The notes: generated by a model not told the origin, from the sequence alone. Positions 25,574 to 38,645 are shown, counted from the first letter of the whole stretch. The stretch is DNA of 55,426 nucleotides, filler included, from Squatina squatina (GCA_031763465.1; 3 parts of 3 records of this genome joined end to end with filler, not necessarily neighbours in it), one strand, 5' to 3'. Numbers and translations are program-made.

Positions 25574-25745
25574 CATCTGGTACCCATACTGTATGACTTT
25601 TTCAGTGTACTCCTCCAGTGTGAAGTCTCCAAGATCTGGTTTGTTGTGCTCCTCAAGAATATACTCATCGACTGTACTGTAGTCTTCTTCAAGGGATTCT
25701 TTCTTTTTACCACTGCAGCATCTGTTTATCAGCTGCTTTAACCAC
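25574..25745 (-). CDS. Internal exon of a divergent anoctamin (TMEM16) family gene, TM6-TM7 loop into TM7
   Basis: Minus strand ttttttag | 172-nt open exon | gtaag, encoding WLKQLINRCCSGKKKESLEEDYSTVDEYILEEHNKPDLGDFTLEEYTEKVIQYGYQM; EYxExxIQ[FY]G[FY] is the anoctamin TM7 Ca2+-site signature. Confidence 0.82.
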
Positions 25746-26420
25746 CTAAAAAATAAACAGTGTCCAAAGGTAAAATGTTAAAATAATAACGAATGATAAA
25801 ATATTATCCCACAATGTTGTTCTTTACAGTTTTTGTTTACTAAGAATGGATGATACTTTGGTTCTTTTTTAGATGTTATAACATGTGCAGTATTATTATA
25901 CAAAGCCTTAATACACCTGCATCAAAATTCTCTATCTGCTATTTTTACTGAGATATTAACCCATTTAATATTAACAGATAGACCCATCCATTAAAGTAGC
26001 AGATAGAAGAATGCCATATCAATGTGTTAAGCACTCACGATTATAACCAAGAGCAGTATCTAGGCTTGCATGGACACAAACACAGTGACTCTACCACTCC
26101 TTCCTCTCAAAGTTCTCATTGACCACTAGTAGACTCATTAGCAGTGCCTGTTTCTCCAGTTTGGGCCAGTTTGTTAAGTGTTTGCCAATTGAAACATTGA
26201 TATTGGCATTATGAATGAATTTGAAGATTAGATTAACATTCAATCAAACAATTTACTTCAAATGTATATTAAATCTCATTAAGTTCCTAGCACCACTTGC
26301 AGAAGAAATGTAAAGCGAAACGTAGAAACACAGAAAATAGGAGCAGGAGTAGGCCATTCGGCCCTTCGAGCCTGCTACGCCATTCAATATGATTATGGCT
26401 GTCGACTAGTTCAGTACCCT

Positions 26421-26520
26421 NNNNNNNNNNNNNNNNNNNNNNNNNNNNNNNNNNNNNNNNNNNNTTAATTAATTAANNNNNNNNNNNNNNNNNNNNNNNN
26501 NNNNNNNNNNNNNNNNNNNN
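26421..26520. other. Artificial concatenation linker (N-TTAATTAATTAA-N)
   Basis: Palindromic all-frame-stop 12-mer at 26465-26476 centred in Ns. Confidence 0.95.
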
Positions 26521-29500
26521 AGGTAACTCTGAAAAATTACTTTAAGTTATGAGATTAGAACAGGTTCAAACCAATTAAAGGTGCATTTAGGACTGATATT
26601 AGGAAGTTCTTCACACAAAGTGATTGATGCATGCAATGGATCTCTGGATGGAGTAGTAGAGGTGAAAACCCTGGAGTTATTTAAGATCTAATTAGATACT
26701 GCAACATGGAGACTTTAGGATCTTTTTGGACAAATCAACTAAGATGGTCCAAATAACCTTCCTCAGCCTTAAATGTCTTGCCATCTTGTGATCAGACTCC
26801 TTACTTAAGTTTTAGTTTAGTTTTAATCACCCTATCCATTGAACTCTTGTTTGCTGCACCTTTTTACCTTGTGGAAAAATATCAGTTTTGTACTCTGACC
26901 ATCTCATATTTAACTACACAAAACAAGTTACTACTTTATTTTGCAAAGAATAAATACCAATGTTTTTGCATTTTGTGTCATTTTTGTGCAATAATGGCGA
27001 GATGGTTTTATAACTGTATAGCTGAGAAGCCTCTAGGCCCTCAGTTTATAGCAGCATCTTTAAGTAAAGAAGTCAGTAATTTAGAACTTTCTATTTACCA
27101 GAGTCTTAGCACAAACCCTTTCTGTATGTGGGTTAAATCTTAAAGTGAAGCACCTCAAAGTTTCATGTGGTTAAGATAGAATTTCACTATAATCTCCACT
27201 GGAAGCTTTAATAGAACTTGTACGATTATGAAGTTGCCCCTACCTGATACGCTCTCAAGCGTATTAAATAACTTCATTAAAGCTGTTGCCCGAGTCCCTG
27301 TAAATGATTTTGGTGCAGTAGGTTACCCTGTACGGCTCAGGCATGTGCGTGACTTTGTTTGGTAAAACTTTGCACAGTTTGGGTCTAAATTAAGGAAGAC
27401 TGAAAGTCATGTCCAAGAAGATTAAGGCTTTAATTGAATGAAACCAAATAGTTTTGATGAAAATGGCATTCACATGATATGAATGCTGGATGACTTGCAA
27501 AAATGTCATTAAGTCAGTAGAAATGGGAGTTTTACTGGAGGCCAGCAGTATGAATTTTATCTTCTAGATATTATCTTGATTTTAAATGTTATTTTTACCA
27601 TTTTAATTTAAACACACAACCAAAATATATGCATCACCATGTTAGTGAAACTTTATTGTTAACAAAAATGTTGCGGCCATCATTACGATAATGAATAAAA
27701 TGGGAATTGGCAAATGCATNNNNNNNNNNNNNNNNNNNNNNNNNNNNNNNNNNNNNNNNNNNNNNNNNNNNNNNNNNNNNNNNNNNNNNNNNNNNNNNNN
27801 NNNNNNNNNNNNNNNNNNNGTACAGGACGTCCCTCCTCTGGACCTCCACCACCAGGACCGTCCGTGCCGTGTCCAAGAAACTTTGAATCCTCTCCCTCAG
27901 TCCCTGAGCCGTCACCCAGCATGCTCCACACCTTCAGTGGAAGTGTATGCATGGAGGCTATATGTACTGCTCCAAGAAAATGCCTCTAAGCAGCTTGAAA
28001 CTAAATGTGCAGGTCTCTAGCTTAGTGTCTCCAGGCACGTTTAAATCATGGTAATCACCAAATAGCTGCAAAATTGCAGGCTAAAATCATACTTCTAAAC
28101 AGTCATGTTTTATTAGCAAAGCACCCACTCAGCACCTGTTTTCACCCTTTCCCCAAAATAACCCCCATAGTTTTTTGATTATAGTTAAAGTTGTGTTTTA
28201 ATTGTATGTTTTATGTCAGTTCATGTTAATATAATGTAAAGCTGCTACTGCTTGGTTGGACCAGATGACCAGAATTTCCCAGGACTTGTTTGACAGCCGA
28301 AGAGTTAAAAACACTGAGAAAACAGCAGACCACTGAATCAATCTACAGGCTTATCTCTTCTACTATTTGAACAATGACTCCATGAAAGAAAAAACTTCAT
28401 CTCATTACAAAAATGTTATACCCAAGTTTTTATTTTTCTTAATCATCACTGATGAGATTTCATCTCTCGGCACAGATTTGAAAGTGGTCTTCAGGTAATA
28501 TGTGGCAGCAGTGATATTTTAAAGTGGAACACATTTTTCGCATTCTTATTCGCTGCTGTCACAGTGGAAACGTTTCTAATTGTGATTTGTGATGTTTTAA
28601 TTATCGTAGGATTCTGAAAGGACACTTTTTCCTCCTTTGTCATGCAGGTATGAGGTACCTCAAATTGATGAGAAAAACAAATATAGCCATAATCATGCAT
28701 TCTAATAGCGAGCGGAAAGTAAAGGTTATTTGGCATTAGTTCACAGATCTGTTATTTAAAAAAATTCATTCTTGAGATGTGGGCGTCGCTGGCAAGGCCA
28801 GAATTTGTTAGCCTTGAGAAGGTGATGACGATGTTTAAGGTGGTTGGTGGGCTGCCAATCAAAACAGACTGCTTTAGCCTGGATGGTGTCGAACTTCTTG
28901 TGTGCTCTTGCAGCTGCACCCATTGAGGCAAGTGGAGAGTCTTTGAGGAGTCAGGAGGTGAGCCACTTGTTGCAGAATACCCAGAAAGATGCCATAAAGA
29001 TAAAAATGTGTTGCCAGGAGCCCCTTAAAGAGTTTAGAATGTATACGGCCACTCACTATATGCACTTTGACATAGTATAAGCAGCAAAAAGCACAAAGTA
29101 ATACAAGCAAAATATCTCCCAAAACTTTGCAGCATTTTACTTGAGAGTCGGTGAGTANNNNNNNNNNCTTTAAGCACCATTGGAAATGGCTGCCTCTGAC
29201 TTGTACTGCCTGTGGTTTGTGGGGTAAAGGTGAAAATGGTGTCAAACAAACTTGCACTCAATCAAATACATATTGATAAAAGTTTGCTCAATTTCACTTT
29301 AATTGCTGGGGATAAATGAAGTAAAAATCAGGTTTTAGCAGTTATTTCCTGCCATTGGTTGAGCCCATGCCCTTTCAGAAATTACAGTACATGTGATGTG
29401 TAAATCTTTAAAAGGCTTAGAGGGTGAGATGAACAAAACTTTTAAGCGTAGGAGGACAAGTTGCTAAAGCTGTAAGAAAAACATAAATGGGGCATAGAGT

Positions 29501-29863
29501 ACAAAAGAAAGAGGTAGATCTATGTAAATATTGGTTAGGCTGCAGTGAGACTATTAGATTAGAAATTGGTCTTTGTCACTTTACAGAGTGGGGGCATCGG
29601 TGCTATGCATTGAATGGCCTCCATCTGTGTCATATGATTTTAAGATTTTATGTGGATGGAAAAAATTAAGGGGTGAAGGCAACTGTTGTGTCAGGAAAAC
29701 CTCAAGCCAAAAAAATGGTATTTTGCAGAGGTCTTTGGATATTCAGATCATTTTGAGTCTTCACCTTAGCACTAAAATGTACATGTACATGTATGACATG
29801 TTGCTTCTGAGCATGAGAAGTAAATTAGTAATTAATTTTCCTCCCTTTTTTTCCCCCCTTTAG

Positions 29864-29974
29864 ATTACCCTAGTTGCACCCAAATGGAGTGTTCAAATGG
29901 AGCCTGTTACAACTCTAGCCAACATTGTGATGGATTGCTGAACTGCAGGGATGGAACAGATGAAAGCAATTGCA
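29864..29974 (+). CDS. LRP2: LRP2/megalin LDL-receptor class A repeat exon
   Basis: tttag acceptor and gtatgt donor, phase 1-1; YPSCTQMECSNGACYNSSQHCDGLLNCRDGTDESNC resembles megalin repeat 4. Not in the ORF track. Confidence 0.88.
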
Positions 29975-30923
29975 GTATGTTCTGCTTTTCTGATGTTTAG
30001 ATCCTAGCTGCCTGAATATAATAAATCACCTGTTAGACACTGATATACAGACATACTGAAACCCAGACCATGTCTGAAACAATTTAATATGTCCTCTGTA
30101 GTTCTGCTCAGAGGCAGCAAACTTAATCAGAAGAATTTCTTACCTAGTCATGGAGACTGGTAAAGTAGTGATTATCACGGGGTGGATCAATGGAAATGAT
30201 AATTGGGTAGTTTGTATAATTAATAGCTGATCCCTTAGGTCAGTTTTATGCCCAGCTGTTTGGTACTCAACTTGTGGAATGCAGAAGAGCTATCATTTCT
30301 ATCACAATGGAAATCACACATAAATGACATACCAATGTGTTCAACATGAATTCTGCTATTGTGTCATGGATTTGCAACAAACAAATATTTGGCTTAACCA
30401 ATCTGTGTTGCTGTTTATCCTCCACATGAACAGTAGCCCTTATCTTGTGTGCACACTCTGTTCCCATATCCTTTTATTATCTTTTTGTTTAAACACTTCT
30501 CTTACCCATTCCTCAATATTGACATGGTCTCTGCTTCAAGCACTTCCACAACCACACAGAAAAAATGTAAAGATGGTTACCTAATCCAACAAAAAAAGTG
30601 TTGTTGACACCTTCTTTCAAAAAATCTTTGTGCAACAATTGTGATTTTTTTACTCTTCATTTACCTGATGTCAGAGGGGGTTTTAGCTATTTTATCTGGA
30701 TGAACATTTGCATTATTCCATCTAAGAAGGGGTGGGAGTATTCACTGGCATCATTACCTGAAGCTTGATAGTCACACCATAATTTGTTAACAGTCCCACA
30801 ATGTTGCTAAACAAAATTCTGATTTGTGTACAAATACAAATAGCATTTGAGTTGCTAAAGTGGCAAAAAATTAATTCTGGAAGTAAGGATACAGTATTAT
30901 GGCAAATTTTGGTCTTAACACTC

Positions 30924-30992
30924 CTGTGAAGCGCCTTGGGACATTTTTACTATGTTAGAGATGCTATATAAATACGTTGTTGTTGTTGTTGT
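30924..30992 (+). repeat. L2-type SINE/LINE 3' tail with (GTT)n
   Basis: tgtgaagcgccttgggac...gctatataaatac followed by GTT repeats; a reverse relative lies at ~40081-40137. Confidence 0.6.
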
Positions 30993-31757
30993 TACAAACC
31001 ATTCAGCATTTGCCCCTCATAAGTACTGATGAAGTAAATTCTTGACGTAAAGAATTTCTTTTTCAGTTTTCTCTCCTCTCCTAAAGCTANNNNNNNNNNA
31101 CGGTCATTCTTCACTTGCGACAGTGACATGAGACAGTGTGTGCTAGTGGGTTTTTTAACTATGGATCCGGTCCCCACCTGACAGCCTCACATGCAGACTT
31201 TCCAGCAGGGGCTACTGGACAGTATTCAGGAGTGGGAACCCAGCTGATTATTCCCATTCACAGCGCAGGATGAATAAGCCAATTGTATCTCCCCAGTTAT
31301 TAAAATCATAGAATGGCTACAGCACGGAAGACGGCCTGTTGAGCCCATTACAACTCTCTNNNNNNNNNNNNNNNNNNNNNNNNNNNNNNNNNNNNNNNNN
31401 NNNNNNGTGATTGAGTTTGCCTCCATCACTCTTTAGGGCAGTGTATTCCAGATCCTAACCACTTGCTGCATAAAAAAGCTTTTTCTAATGTCGCCTTTGG
31501 TTATTTTGCCAATCACCTTAAATCTGTATCTTCTGGTTTTTGACCCTTCTGCCAATGGGAAGGGTTAGACCAGCTAACTCAGCATAGACTGGGGCCTTGC
31601 CTGACCAAATGGCTTAAGACCACACTGGGTGGTGCACTTATCCATCAAGCCATAGATAGTAGAACTGTATAATTTACCAACTGAAATTTTCAGAAAAGAA
31701 TGTGAGTGCTGTGCTTCTTCTCCCCATTTCCCTCATCTCTTTCCCAACCCTTTGCAG

Positions 31758-31871
31758 CTCGGAGATGTAGCAGTACTCAGTTTCAATGTCCCAGTACAGA
31801 ATGCATCCCACAGATATTTGTATGTGACCACGATGATGACTGTGGAGATGGAAGTGATGAGCAAAAATGTG
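31758..31871 (+). CDS. LRP2: LRP2 LDLa repeat exon
   Basis: ttgcag acceptor and gtaatg donor; [37 protein letters not shown]. Confidence 0.9.
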
Positions 31872-32393
31872 GTAATGTATTCCTTTTAACTTTCTGGAAC
31901 AGTTATTTCATTCCATCATACCATTTAAAGTAATTTAGAAGTCTTCAGCACAAACCTGTTGGGTATTTGGTACAAAGTTAAAAAAAAGGTTAAAAACTTC
32001 TGAAAGGTTGCTTGGATGCCCCACAATTTCAGCACTTGGAAAACCTATAATTTAATTTGGGGCNNNNNNNNNNNNNNNNNNNNNNNNNNNNNNNNNNNNN
32101 NNNNNNNNNNNNNNNNNNNNNNNNNNNNNNNNNNNNNNNNNNNNNNNNNNNNNNNNNNNNNNNGTGCTACATAACCAATCATGAGGAAATATGAGAGAGC
32201 AGGCTGGGTTGACGGTCTCTTCCCTGTATGTCTATCCTGGTGGGGAGGTGCCTGTCTCTACTTGGTGAGTCAGTATCTTGCAACAATACAGACTGAGAGA
32301 TACGGCAAATTACACTTGCAGTGAATTTCAGCATATTTTTAGTCCTCTGCAATTGTGAGTCATAATGGAGTTCAAAACTAGGGTCATACATAT

Positions 32394-32680
32394 AAGGTAG
32401 TCACTAATAAATCCAATAAGGATTTCAGAAGAAACTTCTATACCCAAAGAATGGTTAGAATGTGAAGCTGGCTAACCCACAGAGTAGTTGTGGTGAATAC
32501 CATAGATGCATTTAAGGGGAAACTAGATAAGTACATAAGGGAGAAAGGAATACAAAGATATGAAGACGATGTGAGGTGAAGCAAGGTAGGAGGGGGCTTG
32601 TGATGAGCATAAACTCCAGCATGGATCTGTTGGGCCGAATGGCCTGTTTCTGTGCTGTAAATTCTCTGTAGTTTATGTAT
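32394..32680 (+). mobile_element. CR1 LINE 3' end
   Basis: agaagaaacttctatacccaaagaatggttagaatgtg...ctgttgggccgaatggcctgtttctgtgctgtaaattct, a typical shark CR1 tail. Confidence 0.75.
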
Positions 32681-32921
32681 GTAATGAGTCAATGTAAATG
32701 TAAATTATTAGGTCAATTGAGTAAGGGACCTTGAATTGGGGCATATATTTATGGTTAGGTTATTTATAGTTGAAACACAGATAAGCAAAAAGTTATGTGG
32801 GAATAACATTTATAAAATTCTGTTTTGATCTAAAAATACATTCTAAAACTATTATAACATTTTAACATTTGAGCTATGATAACGCCTAATGATAGTGTGG
32901 TGATACTCTTGTATTTTGCAG

Positions 32922-33038
32922 TTTATCCAAGCTGCAAAGGAGATTATTTTACCTGCCCCAGTGGCTATTGCATTCATCAGAATTGGCTCTGCGATGGAGA
33001 TGATGACTGTGGAGATAATGCTGATGAAAGAGGATGTG
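32922..33038 (+). CDS. LRP2: LRP2 LDLa repeat exon
   Basis: ttttgcag acceptor and gtaaga donor; [38 protein letters not shown] resembles megalin repeat 6. Confidence 0.9.
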
Positions 33039-34322
33039 GTAAGAATGTGGGCAGTCAAGGAGTATATTAAAGTTTAAATGAGTAAGATTGGTAAACTGTT
33101 GAATGAGGATTACAGAATTTAACAAGCGTGCCCTAAACCGTGAATCACAGATTGAGCAATGTTTGTCGTGCCAGCGCAATGAGTTATCTTTCAGGTGTTT
33201 GGTTGACTGTATCATTGTTGCTTTCATGGAATCCATAGAAAATAACANNNNNNNNNNNNNNNNNNNNNNNNNNNNNNNNNNNNNNNNNNNNNNNNNNNNN
33301 NNNNNNNNNNNNNNNNNNNNNNNNNNNNNNNNNNNNNNNNNNNNNNNTTAAAACATTTTCCCACAGCAAATTTCTTTTGCCATCCATTAGGAGAGAAAGT
33401 GTGGAATTGATACTGTGGCACCAATAATATTTTGATGCTTTAAAATTGAGACACCTAACGCCAAAGGGCCTTTAAAAAAAATTTAAATATTACTTTAATC
33501 TGCAAATAAGAACTTTTTTTTGTACCATGTAACCTTTGATTCTCCTGAAGAATGTAAATAGCCTCGATATTTGGTTGAAAAAAACTATGTACTGTAATCA
33601 GATAAAAAGGGGAAAAGTGTGTTCAGATACTAATTAGCAACACAATCGGTTCACTGGTAACAAAATTCAGCCCCAATAAGTATTACTTAAGATACTGAAG
33701 AGAGACTGCAAGGCTATAAACTAATGTTGGTGGCTCACGTAAAGGTTTGCTTCAATTTTAGCTTTCCAACTTCAGTCTGTACCAACATCTGAATCCTACA
33801 ATTAGTTTGCGCTTGTGTAATTACTCTTATCATTATCCTCTCTGCAAACATTTGTCATCAATTATATCACATCTGGACCATCACCAGATTAAACTGCTCT
33901 TTGAAACATAAGAACAAGTGTTGAACTTGATCGATTACTAGTCACGCTGTTTTACCAGAACACTTTTTCTGCAAAAAATACAATATAGTGAAAGAAAGTA
34001 CAATTTTAATTGGTTTCATAATGCATACAATATTTTTAATGTTGTATGCTGCCTTCAAAAAGGCACTGTAATCATCAGTTTTGATTTTTCTTTTGATTTC
34101 AAATAAAATTTAAAAGTGAAATGAGCGACATCAGCTTGATTATGTATGTGTAATGATTATATATTGTTGAAATTAATGTCCGCTTTTAGGGTATGTGAAG
34201 CTGTGCCGTTACAGTCAGAAAGGAATACAAGTAAGTGCTGTAGTGGTAAAACTGACAAGTATCAAAACTTTGCTTTTCATTTTTGAAAATATAGAAAAAG
34301 AGCCTTAAATACAGAATACTAG

Positions 34323-35300
34323 CTTCTTTAGTCCTGGCAACGTCCTCGTAAATCTCTATACCCTCTCTAGTTCCTGTAATGTGGTGACCAGAACTGCACG
34401 CAGTACTGTAGCTGTGGCCTATCTAGTGTTTTATATAATTCTAGCATAACCTCTCCGCTCTTTTATTCTGTGCCTCGGCTAATAAAGGAAAGTATCCCGT
34501 ATGCTTAAGTATCCTGTATTCTTAACCACCTTATCTACCTGTCCTGCTACTTTCAGGGATCTGTGGACATGCACTCCAAGGTCCCCTCTGTTCCTCTACA
34601 TTTCTCAGTATCCTACCATTTATTGTGTATTCCCTTGTCTTGTTAGCCCTTCCCAAATACATTACCACACACTTCTCCTGATTGAATTTCATTCGCCACT
34701 TTCCTGCCCACTTGACCAGTCCATTGATATCTTTCTGCAGTCTACAGCTTTCTTCCTCACTATCAGCCACACAGCCAATTTCTGTATCAACTGCAAGCTT
34801 ATTAGTCATGCCCCTACATTGAAGTCGAAATCATTGATGTATACCACGAGAAGCAAGGGACTTAGTACTGAGCCCTGCGGAACCCCACTGGAGACAGCCT
34901 TCCAGTCACAAAAACACCCGTTGACCATTACCCTTTGCTTTCTGCCACAAAGCCAATTTTGGATCCAACTTGCCACTTTCCATTTTGGATTCCATGGGCT
35001 TTTACTTTTCTGACCAACCTGCCATGTGGGACCTTATCAAAAGCCTTGCTAAAATCCATGTAGACTACATCAAACGTGTTACCCTCATCAATCCTCCTTG
35101 TTACATCCTTAAAAAATTCAATCAAGTTAGTCAGACACGACCTTCCCTAAACAAATCCATGCTGACTATCCTTTAATCTGTGCCTTTCAAAATGACAATT
35201 AATACTGTACCTCAGAATTAAAAAAAAATAATTTGCCCACTACCGAGGTTAGGCTGACTGGTCTGTAATTACTCGGCCTATCCCTTTCTCCTTTTATAAA
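34323..35300 (-). mobile_element. CR1 LINE reverse transcriptase fragment
   Basis: PSNYRPVSLTSVVGK, DVVYMDFSKAFDKVPHGRL, RLQKDINGLVKWAGKWRMKFN; frameshifted. Confidence 0.88.
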
Positions 35301-35751
35301 CAATTGCAAATAATATAAAGATGAGCAAGTAAAGATTGGAATGTCATATAAATTCCAGTTAATGGGTTTTGAATTGATCAGATTATGCATGTCAAGGGAT
35401 TTTGCTATACTTTGATATTAATAACAAATATTCTTGTAATTTGAGAAGAGCGAGTGCTGTACACAAAACTGCCTAATGGAGGCTTCTGACCTCTCAGTAG
35501 GCAGAAATAATGAAATCTGTATTCACCACACAGTATTTTATACACTGGCATACAACTGTGCCAGAAGGAGGGGGATTTCTGCCACATATAATTAGAAATG
35601 GATTTCAGTAAACAGATTATGTATCACATGGAACCTCCTATGACAACCAGATGTTACAAGTAGGACTTGGTGCAAACTTCATGAGTTTTTTTGATTGCAT
35701 GCTTTCCCTGGCTCTATTTAGTCTCCCAGAGATCCAGGATCCTGTGTAATA

Positions 35752-35948
35752 GAAATAAAAACAGAAAATGCTGGAAATATTCAGCAGGTCAAGCAGCATC
35801 TGTGGAGAGAGAAACAGAGTTAGTTCAGGGTCATCGACCTAAAATGTTAACTCTGTTTCTCTCTCCACAAATGCTGCCTGACCTGCTGAGTATTTCCAGC
35901 ATTTTCTGTTTTTATTTCAGATTCCAGCATCTGCCGTATTTTGCTTTT
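35752..35948. repeat. Inverted duplication of a Penelope pseudo-LTR (71-bp arms)
   Basis: 35752-35822 and 35848-35918 are reverse complements with 3 mismatches; same sequence family as ~8730-8857. Confidence 0.85.
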
Positions 35949-35993
35949 GTAGCATTGGATGATTATTGAAAGCTTCAGTAGCACACCTTCACG

Positions 35994-36500
35994 TCAGACA
36001 GTGTTGCAGGCCGATGGCCAGTCTATGAAGGCAGCTCCAGTATTCAACTGCTTCTGGAACCCTGCCTCAGTGTTGGTAGAGAGTGCAAGGGCCTGGTCAG
36101 AGCAGCTTCTTCCCTCTCTGAAACCTGCCTGCTTGTTTGGGAGGGCGGCTTCTACAGCCAGTTTTATTTGGTTAAGGCCAAGCCATTCATCCAACTTGTA
36201 GACAGTAGAACGAACGATGATGGGGCGGTAGCTTTTGGGATTGTAGGCTGGTTTTCCTGCCTTTAGGATAGCAATGACTTTGGAATGGTACCAAACTTCT
36301 AGGATTATCCCAGTGTCAGGGATGTTGGAGGTGAGTTTGCCAAGCCCCATCTGTCCATTTGGGCCCTGGTTCTTGAGAAATTCTGGGTAGATGCCATCAA
36401 TCCTGGCGACCTTAGCAGACTTGGTGGCTGTCAGCACTGTGTTCACTTCTTCAGTAGTGATGGCCGATGAAAAGGTGGCTTTTTGTAGAGAGAGCTGTGT
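35994..36500 (-). mobile_element. Non-CR1 LINE RT fragment, probably Ingi/Vingi-like
   Basis: IDGIYPEFLKN, SKVIAILKAGKP..PKSYRPI, QAGFREGRSCSDQALAL, EAGFQKQLNTGAAFID; clearly an RT, clade assigned from memory. Confidence 0.7.
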
Positions 36501-37036
36501 TTGTTTTCGGTGGTAGTCGTTAGCTTTGAGTTTGCTCAATTATATGTGATGCTTATATAAGGCTGTTCATGTTTCATGGTATTTCAGCAGGTTTAACAAA
36601 ATCTACAGATGATTATATGGAAATGCCAATTTTAAATATGAAGAGCTGCAATACAAAAATTTAAAACCACATTTACAAGAATGCAGTTCTTGGAGTCTTC
36701 CAATATTGAATACTCTAAGGTTATTCGCTTAGCTGTAAAAATACAATCAAAAGTGGGAAAAGAGAGTTATAAAAATTATAAGATGCTTGTAAACCCTGTG
36801 TAATGAACTCGTCAAGTGAATTAAAACAGCAGAACTGTATTTTCTGGAATAACATCAATGGGAAATACATTACTAAAATGAACTATAATAAAACAATACA
36901 GTCTGTACAGTTAAGTAGATTCTTACAAGTTGGCAAATATTGCAGCATGTGTGTTATGAATAAAACTTTTGAGATATTTGAGGCACTGCAAATGCAGGGT
37001 ACATTACTTAATGTAAAATTATTTCCTGCCTTTTAG

Positions 37037-37206
37037 CTGGAATTGCATCCATTATCTTCTCAAATGGTCGTGATTTACTGATTGGTGATATTCATGGAAG
37101 GAATGTACGGATTCTTGTGCAGTCTCGCAATCGTGGCATTGCTGTTGGTGTGGATTTCCACTACTCTCTGGGCATGATCTTTTGGACGGACACCATTCAG
37201 AATAAG
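37037..37206 (+). CDS. LRP2: LRP2 exon, start of first YWTD beta-propeller
   Basis: ttttag acceptor and gtaggc donor; [56 protein letters not shown]. Not in the ORF track. Confidence 0.93.
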
Positions 37207-38421
37207 GTAGGCAACATTCCCAAAACTAGGCACTGAATCAATAACCTGGGGAAGATGGACTTGTGTTGAAAGCTCTTTAACACCATGCGTATTGTGTTTC
37301 TAACTTCTGATTTTCCACAGGTATTTTACTGCTGACAACCTGTTGCTAATCTGGTAATGCTTGCATTATTAAACTTTCTATATTCCAAAAAAACTGTGTT
37401 GTTTCACATGGAAGTTGATCAGGTGATGGTGAGTTCTTGTAGATAATTGCAAAGCACTGAAAAATTACCATCCTTACTCCCCAATACAACCCCTCATTCA
37501 CCCACCCACAGCTTGCAGGCTTGTTAAATTCTCTGCCATAGAGCATGAAGATGAATTCCTTACACAATACCACCTTTGACGAACAAGTGGCCAAAGCAAC
37601 TGTGGAACATTTAGCAATCCGAGGAAGAGATGCATTAGCTGTAGTGGGAGTGTAATGAGAGGGGTCTAGAACCAGGGGTCACCATCTCAGAATAAGGGGT
37701 AGGCCATTTAGGACTGAGATGAGGAGAAATTTCTTCACNNNNNNNNNNNNNNNNNNNNNNNNNNNNNNNNNNNNNNNNNNNNNNNNNNNNNNNNNNNNNN
37801 NNNNNNNNNNNNNNNNNNNNNNNNNNNNNNNNNNNNNNATTTGCTTGATGTGCCCGGAAATCTACAGCGTCCCGCTCCGAATCTACAGCGCCCGCTCCGA
37901 GTCTCCAACTCAGGGGGGGTCCAACTTGCAAGGTCGCGTGGATCGAGGACCTTTAGATAAGTACTTAGATATTTTTGCCATCGGAGGTCCCCGCACGCGG
38001 GAAGCCGCCGATCGCAAATTCAGCACCATTGTTTCATGATGTTGTTATTGAAAAAGGCGTGCTTGTACCATGTGTACCAGTGCATAGAATCATAGAATGG
38101 TTACGGCACAGAAGGAGGTCATTCGGACCGTCAAGCCTGTGATGGCTTTCTGCAAGAGCACTTCAGCAAGTCCCACTGCCCTGCCCTTTCACCGTAGCCC
38201 TGCAAATTCTTTCTTTCAGCTAGTTATTCAATTCCCTGTATAAGATTCCTCAATATATCTGTCTACTGCCTAATTATTACGTAACCTGTAATGTAACATA
38301 TATTCCGTATTGTCCCTGATATTAAACAGCGTGCAAAGATTGCACAACTTAATCTAAACAATTCTAAAGATTATTGAAAATGTTTTCAGAACCATTTTAC
38401 TTACCTTTCTTGTTTTATCAG

Positions 38422-38645
38422 CTATTCTCTGTAGATCTCACAGGCTCTAGAATCCAACAAATTTTAAATGTTTCCATTGACACGCCTGAAAACCTAGCTG
38501 TGGACTGGGTGAACAATAAGTTGTATGTGGTGGAGACCAGTATTAACCGAATTGAAGTTGTTGACCTGGATGGAAGTAACCGTATAACACTCATTGCAGA
38601 AAACCTGGGGAGCCCGCGAGGCATTGCTGTTGACCCGACTGTAGG
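38422..38645 (+). CDS. LRP2: LRP2 beta-propeller exon
   Basis: ttatcag acceptor and gtaaga donor; [49 protein letters not shown]. Confidence 0.93.

Noticed and set aside
26465-26476. TTAATTAATTAA as a homeodomain site or piggyBac target
   Set aside because: Embedded symmetrically in Ns and repeated identically at 39757; an artificial linker.
27820-27945. GC-rich open stretch (RERIQSFLDTARTVLVVEVQRRDVLY, minus strand)
   Set aside because: Short, gap-adjacent and probably TE-derived; could not be assigned.
37860-37900. Two ~20-bp tandem copies (atctacagcg.cccgctccga) as a possible CRISPR-like array
   Set aside because: Only two adjacent copies with no spacers, inside a probable MITE end in a vertebrate genome.
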